DNA from: Macrostomum lignano
Taxonomy: Eukaryota
Reading direction: 5' to 3'
Assembly (NCBI GenBank): GCA_002269645.1
Contig: NIVC01000516.1
Coordinates: 186,001-250,000, forward strand
DNA length: 64,000 bases
The notes under the pieces were generated by a model that was not told the DNA's origin, did not search any database, and saw only the letters and a list, made by a program, of their open reading frames with translations. This document shows, one piece after another, positions 58,939-64,000 of the stretch (position 1 is its first letter; the number at the start of each line of letters is the position of its first letter). Both the position numbers and the translations under genes were made by a program.

Positions 58939-61900
58939 ATGTGGTTCACAGAGGTCTATCTTCCCAAACTGAGGCCTGTATTCAAGGAAGCGATTGAATC
59001 GAATTCGTCTCACGATTCTAAACGGCTGAGCGCAGTGTTAATTGCAATTCAGAAAAATGTGAGTCCTTATCATCTGAATTTCATAAGCCTATAGGTGTAT
59101 GTAGACTATTTTAGCTGAGCTTCGGGACTTTAATGTACATCCTTTGTGCATTGGGGGTTGGCCCTCATGGGTGCGAATTGCACAACATCCCCTGAGCCAA
59201 CTATCGTACACACAAACCCCATGACTGATATAAGGATGTGCGGAGGGGCTGAGCGGAGGGACCCGAGGACTCGAGGGCCGGATTGAGAGGCTTCGCCGGC
59301 CGGGGTTTGCCGACATAAGCCTGCATAACTAACGTTACCATAACAAAAAAACGCTAGTCATTTTAAACAACTCACTAGTGACTCAGGAGAATCTGGGGCG
59401 ACTATGTTAATTATGAATATCGAAATGCGATTCTAATTCATTGAGTAGTAGTACGTTTTAGACGCAACTCAGTGATTCTACAGCGACTCTGGCATGTCTC
59501 AAATACGATTCTACGGCCCCAGAGTCTTAGGTGACTTTTTGCGACTTTTACCGTGACAGTGTTGATTTTAAAGTCGTTTGCGGTCACTTCTTTCCTATTT
59601 TACATTCGCATTTTTTGGTAAAAAAAGAGTAAGTCTGGCCAAGAAGCATCCCAGAGATGCTTGCGTCGCCCCAGAGTCGTTTCAAAGTCTTTGCATGTGT
59701 TACATGAAATGTGTTTGCATGTATTACATGCAAAGACTTTGAAACGACTTTGGGGCGACGTATTACATGCAAAGACTTTGAAACGACTTTGGGGCGACGC
59801 AAGCATCTCTGGGATGCTTCTTGGCCAGACTTACTCTTTTTTTAACAAAAATGCGACTTACCTATAAAAGAAAATGAGCAAAAATTAACGTAATTTTGGG
59901 TAAACGGCAGGAGTAACTATGACTAATTTATTAAGGCTAAATGCCTCGTCATCTAATTAGTACTACGTCTTTGAGTGGGCATTTTTTGCGAATTACCGCA
60001 TATGAAAAAAATCATTCCGCGCGCAGACAAATCGCGAAGATTTCTGGCAGGCGCTGGTCGAATGCGCCAACTACGGCCTGACCAGTTCGCCAAAACTGCC
60101 CGCTGGCACAGCCATCATTGATCTGTTGGCTAAGATGGCTCTGTTGCAATTAAGCGATTCTAATGAGTCTAATGCTACGGCCTCTACCGCTGCTTCTGTG
60201 GCCGCTGCCGCTTCAACCTCTGCCGCTTCAACCTCTGTCACTGTCAAGGACGAAATACTCGACGGTCCGGATCTGGACGATCCAGACTGTCTGGCTGGCC
60301 GACTGATTAGTTATTGCACCGAGCTGAGCTGCGCTGCCGATAAAGCCGTACGGATGCGCTGTGTTCAGCTTATTTATAAAGTACTCAGCGCTCTGCCAGT
60401 GAAAGTGCAAATTAGCGACGATACGTTTAAACGGATTCAGGTGTGTGGCTGACAATTTTGGATTTTTGTTTCTTTTGTCACGGTAATCTACGGTAGATAT
60501 TGTCATTAGTGCATTTAGATTGGGTCATTAGTGCATTTAGATTGGGTCATTAGTGCATTTAGATTGGGTCATTAGAGCATCTAGATATGGTCATTAGGGC
60601 ATCTAGATATGGTCATTAGGGCATCTAGATATGGCGTAATTAGGGCATCTAGATATGTCATTTGGTTTTCTAGATATGGTCATTAGCGCATCTAGATATG
60701 GTCATTAGGTCATCTAGATATGGTCATTAGCGCATCTAGATATGGTCATTAGGTCATCTAGATATGGTCATTAAGACATCTAAATATGTCCATTAGGGCA
60801 TCTAGATATGGCGTAATTAGGGCATCTAGATATGTCATTTGGTTTTCTAGATATGGCCATTAGAGAATATAGATATGGTCATTAGGTCATCTAGATATGA
60901 TTATTAGGGCATTTAGATATGGCCATTAGCGCGTCTAGATATGGCCATTAGCGCATCTAGATATGGTCATTAGGACATCTAGATATGATCATTAGCATCT
61001 AGATATAGTCATTAGTCATTAGAGCCTATGCTTATATTAAATCTCCCATAATTGGCACGCACCCATTTCGATCACGCATCCGCAGGAATGCCTACTCGAG
61101 CGCGCCTGGGACGTGTGCGGCCCAGTCAGAGCCGAGAGCCTGCGCGCCCTCAACCGGCTGCAGAATCCCTCCAGACGGGACTGCCCAGTGATCAGCCTGA
61201 TGGATCACGTGGCCAGATTCGATCCCAGCGCCGAGGTTCGGCGGACCGCTCTACAGTCGATTGCGTTCACCAACAAGTCTATTCCTACTATTGTGTCCAG
61301 GACTCGCGACATTGACGATTCGGTTCGAAAGGCCGCCTACGACAAGCTGACTGATCGGGCGAATTGCTTCAGCAGGCTGGACATTCAGTGCCGGGTTAGC
61401 CTGCTCAGCGGCGGCCTGACCGACTCAGCCCAGACTGTGGTCGCCTCTGCCAAGCGTTTAGCCAGCAAAGTGTTGCAGAATCTTAATAATAGCTTTATTG
61501 AACTGCTGCGCTTCCTGGATGTAGCTCTGTCCGGCGACCACTGCCAGCAGGTGAGTCAGGGATCGGTGGGATATAATTAATTAGGATTCGAGTAGGTTTG
61601 AGATCATTATTGAGGATTTGAGTAGAATTGACATCATTAATGAGGATTTCAGAGGGTTAGGATCATTAATGAGAATTTTAGTAGGGTTGAGATCATTAAT
61701 GAGAGTTTGAGTAGGGTTGAGATCATTAATGAGAGTTTGAGTAGGGTTGAGATCATTAATGAGAATTTGAGTAGGGTTGAGATCATTAATGAGAATTTGA
61801 GTAGGGTTGAGATCATTAATGAGAATTTGAGTAGGGTTGAGATCATTACTGAGAATTTGAGTAGGGTTGAGATCATTACTGAGAATTTGAGTAGGGTTGA

Positions 61901-64000
61901 GATCATTAATGGGTATTTGAGTAGAATTGACATCATTAATGAGGATTTCAGAGGGTTAGGATCATTAATGAGAATTTTAGTAGGGTTGAGATCATTAATG
62001 AGAGTTTGAGTAGGGTTGAGATCATTAATGAGAGTTTGAGTAGGGTTGAGATCATTAATGAGAATTTGAGTAGGGTTGAGATCATTAATGAGAATTTGAG
62101 TAGGGTTGAGATCATTAATGAGAATTTGAGTAGGGTTGAGATCATTAATGAGAGTTTGAGTAGGGTTGAGATCATTAATGAGAATTTGAGTAGGGTTGAG
62201 ATCATTAATGAGAATTTGAGTAGGGTTGAGATCATTAATGAGAATTTGAGTAGGGTTGAGATCATTAATGAGAATTTGAGTAGGGTTGAGATCATTACTG
62301 AGAATTTGAGTAGGGTTGAGATCATTACTGAGAATTTGAGTAGGGTTGAGATCATTAATGGGTATTTGAGTAGGGTTAGGCTCATTAATGAGGATTTGAG
62401 TAGGGTTGAGATCATTACTGAGAATTTGAGTAGGGTTGAGATCATTAATGAGTATTTGAGTAGGGTTAGGCTCACTAATGAGGATTTGAGTAGGGTTGAG
62501 ATCATTAATGAGAATACATTAGTGAGAAATTGAGTAGGGTTGGATCATTAATGAGGATTTGAGTAGGGTTGAGATCATTAATGGGGATCTGAGTAGGGTT
62601 GAGATCATTAATGAGGATCTGAGTAGGGTTGAGATAATTATTGAGGATCTGAGTAGCGTTGAGATCATTATTGAGGATCTGAGTAGGGTTGAGATCATTA
62701 TTGAGGATCTGAGTAGCGTTGAGATCATTATTGAGGATCTGAGTAGGGTTGAGATCATTATTGAGGATCTGAGTAGCGTTGAGATCATTATTGAGGATCT
62801 GAGTAGCGTTGAGATCATTATTGAGGATCTGAGTAGCGTTGAGATCATTAATAGGAATCTGTAATATTTTCAGAATTACGGAATAAAAAATGTCACTGAA
62901 ACAAATCCAACCACACCACGCAGATCCTGTCCGTTCTGATGCCGGACCAGCTGCCGTCCATCATTGAGGAAGTGGCCGCCTGTCTGGACGACCGTCGTCT
63001 ACTTCGGCCCGACTGTCAGACATCGGAGGCGTCGTTTCTCTGGCTGCGGCTGATCCGATTGTTAGAGGAGAGGAAAGAGATCGACGCCCTGTCTGAGCGG
63101 CTTCTGCCTGGCGGCTTGGACTTTCAGCAGATGCTGGGCGACGTGCTGAAACGTCAGGTGAGAGTCTTCGTGCTTTGTGGGGTTTATTGCTCACGAACTT
63201 AGTCTATGGATGCGAGCAGTTTACCTTCTTAGCTCTAAACACTGATCCTTCAGGAGCGGGCTCCGTGTTTACCCGCCCTCTCAGCCCCTGATCCTTCAGG
63301 AGCGGGTTCCATGTTTACCCGCCCTCTCAGCCCCTGATCCTTCAGGAGCGGGCTCCGTGTTTACCCGCCCTCTCAGCCCCTGATCCTTCAGGAGCGGGTT
63401 CCATGTTTACCCGCCCTCTCAGCCCCTGATCCTTCAGGAGCGGGCTCCGTGTTTACCCGCCCTCTCAGCCCCTGATCCTTCAGGAGCGGGTTCCATGTTT
63501 ACCCGCCCTCTCAGCCCCTGATCCTTCAGGAGCGGGCTCCGTGTTTACCCGCCCTCTCAGCCCCTGATCCTTCAGGAGCGGGCTCCGTGTTTACCCGCCC
63601 TCTCAGCCCCTGCTCCTTCAGGAGCGGGTTCCATGTTTACCCGCCCTCTCAGCCCCTGATCCTTCAGGAGCGGGTTCCATGTTTACCCGCCCTCTCAGCC
63701 CCTGATCCTTCAGGAGCGGGTTCCATGTTTACCCGCCCTCTCAGCCTCCTGATCCTTCAGGAGCGGGCTCCGTGTTTACCCGCCCTCTCAGCCTCCTGAT
63801 CCTTCAGGAGCGGGCTCCGTGTTTACGGGTCTTCTCTTCTTTAGTAAAAATATCCCATCAATACATCTGCTAGTTGTTTAACCGCATATCTATGCTTAAA
63901 ATTCGCTAATTTTCAAGGTGACAAGCGCCGATCTCGTGCACGATTGGATCTTCTTAGCCAGACAGTTGCTCCAGCTGTGCTCAAGCCTCGATTTATCCGA
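58939..64000 (+). CDS. NCAPG: Condensin I subunit CAP-G (Ycg1/NCAPG), 5' part; exons 58939-59058, 60027-60440, 61086-61550, 62924-63157, 63918->64000
   Basis: All introns are GT-AG and phase 0. The HEAT-repeat sequence matches CAP-G as I recall it: KAVRMRCVQLIYKVLSALP..VQISDDTF, ALNRLQNP...CPV, DPSAEVRRTALQSI, IVSRTRDIDDSVRKAAY, RVSLLSGGLTD and FLARQLLQLCSSLDLSD. The start ATG at 58939 is inferred; an acceptor at 58912 precedes it. Confidence 0.9.
59606..59856. mobile_element. Fold-back element with ~93-bp arms and an internal 39-bp duplication (CAP-G intron 1)
   Basis: 59606-59698 pairs with 59765-59856 (GAGTAAGTCTGGCCAAGAAGCATCCCAGAGATGCTTGCGTCGCCCC...). Confidence 0.85.
59898..59961 (+). 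rRNA. 64-bp 28S rDNA fragment (non-functional copy) spanning the R2/Pokey/I-PpoI target site
   Basis: GGGTAAACGGCAGGAGTAACTATGACT-aatttat-TAAGG-CTAAATGCCTCGTCATCTAATTAGT compared with the conserved eukaryotic 28S GGGTAAACGGCGGGAGTAACTATGACTCTCTTAAGGTAGCCAAATGCCTCGTCATCTAATTAGT. Confidence 0.9.
60500..61022. repeat. ~22-bp minisatellite (GTCATTAGGGCATCTAGATATG) in CAP-G intron 2
   Basis: Degenerate tandem units. Confidence 0.9.
61575..62862. repeat. 30-bp minisatellite (GAGTAGGGTTGAGATCATTAATGAGAATTT)n in CAP-G intron 3
   Basis: About 43 units. Gives spurious SRVEIINENL ORFs. Confidence 0.96.
63242..63826. repeat. 46-bp minisatellite (CTGATCCTTCAGGAGCGGGYTCCRTGTTTACCCGCCCTCTCAGCCC)n in CAP-G intron 4
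   Basis: About 12.5 units, period 46, two alternating variants. Confidence 0.96.

Overview
Eukaryotic (animal) genomic DNA. It is repeat- and transposon-rich, with GC-rich exons, short GT-AG introns and many locus-specific minisatellites. The coding style, intronic minisatellites and RTE fragment fit a Macrostomum-like free-living flatworm (inference, not verified). Six host genes are supported: (1) an intronless alpha2delta/CACHD1-family VWA+Cache gene (minus, 5720-9390) broken by a 1-nt frameshift near 6935; (2) an intronless class I SAM-methyltransferase fused to a very long acidic/RD/RS/K/His disordered tail (16147-19764); (3) a low-complexity minus-strand spliced gene (28305-31574); (4) a 5-exon monoglyceride-lipase-like hydrolase (34317-38361); (5) a 2-exon LRR transmembrane receptor lacking a TIR domain (44246-46836); (6) the 5' part of condensin subunit CAP-G (58939 to the window end). 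Mobile DNA includes two heavily C>T/G>A-mutated mariner fossils (one complete, with a nested solo-LTR-like insert), hAT-like non-autonomous elements (one with 15-bp TIRs and an 8-bp TSD), a tRNA-derived SINE and a truncated RTE LINE. A 2.8-kb cluster of palindromic CCATAGAC-bounded elements surrounds a Crypton tyrosine-recombinase fragment. A 64-bp 28S rDNA fragment, altered exactly at the R2/Pokey/I-PpoI target site, sits in a CAP-G intron. About 20 different minisatellites generate most of the long ORFs in the track, and those ORFs are spurious. All homology calls come from motif recognition by eye; no searches were run.
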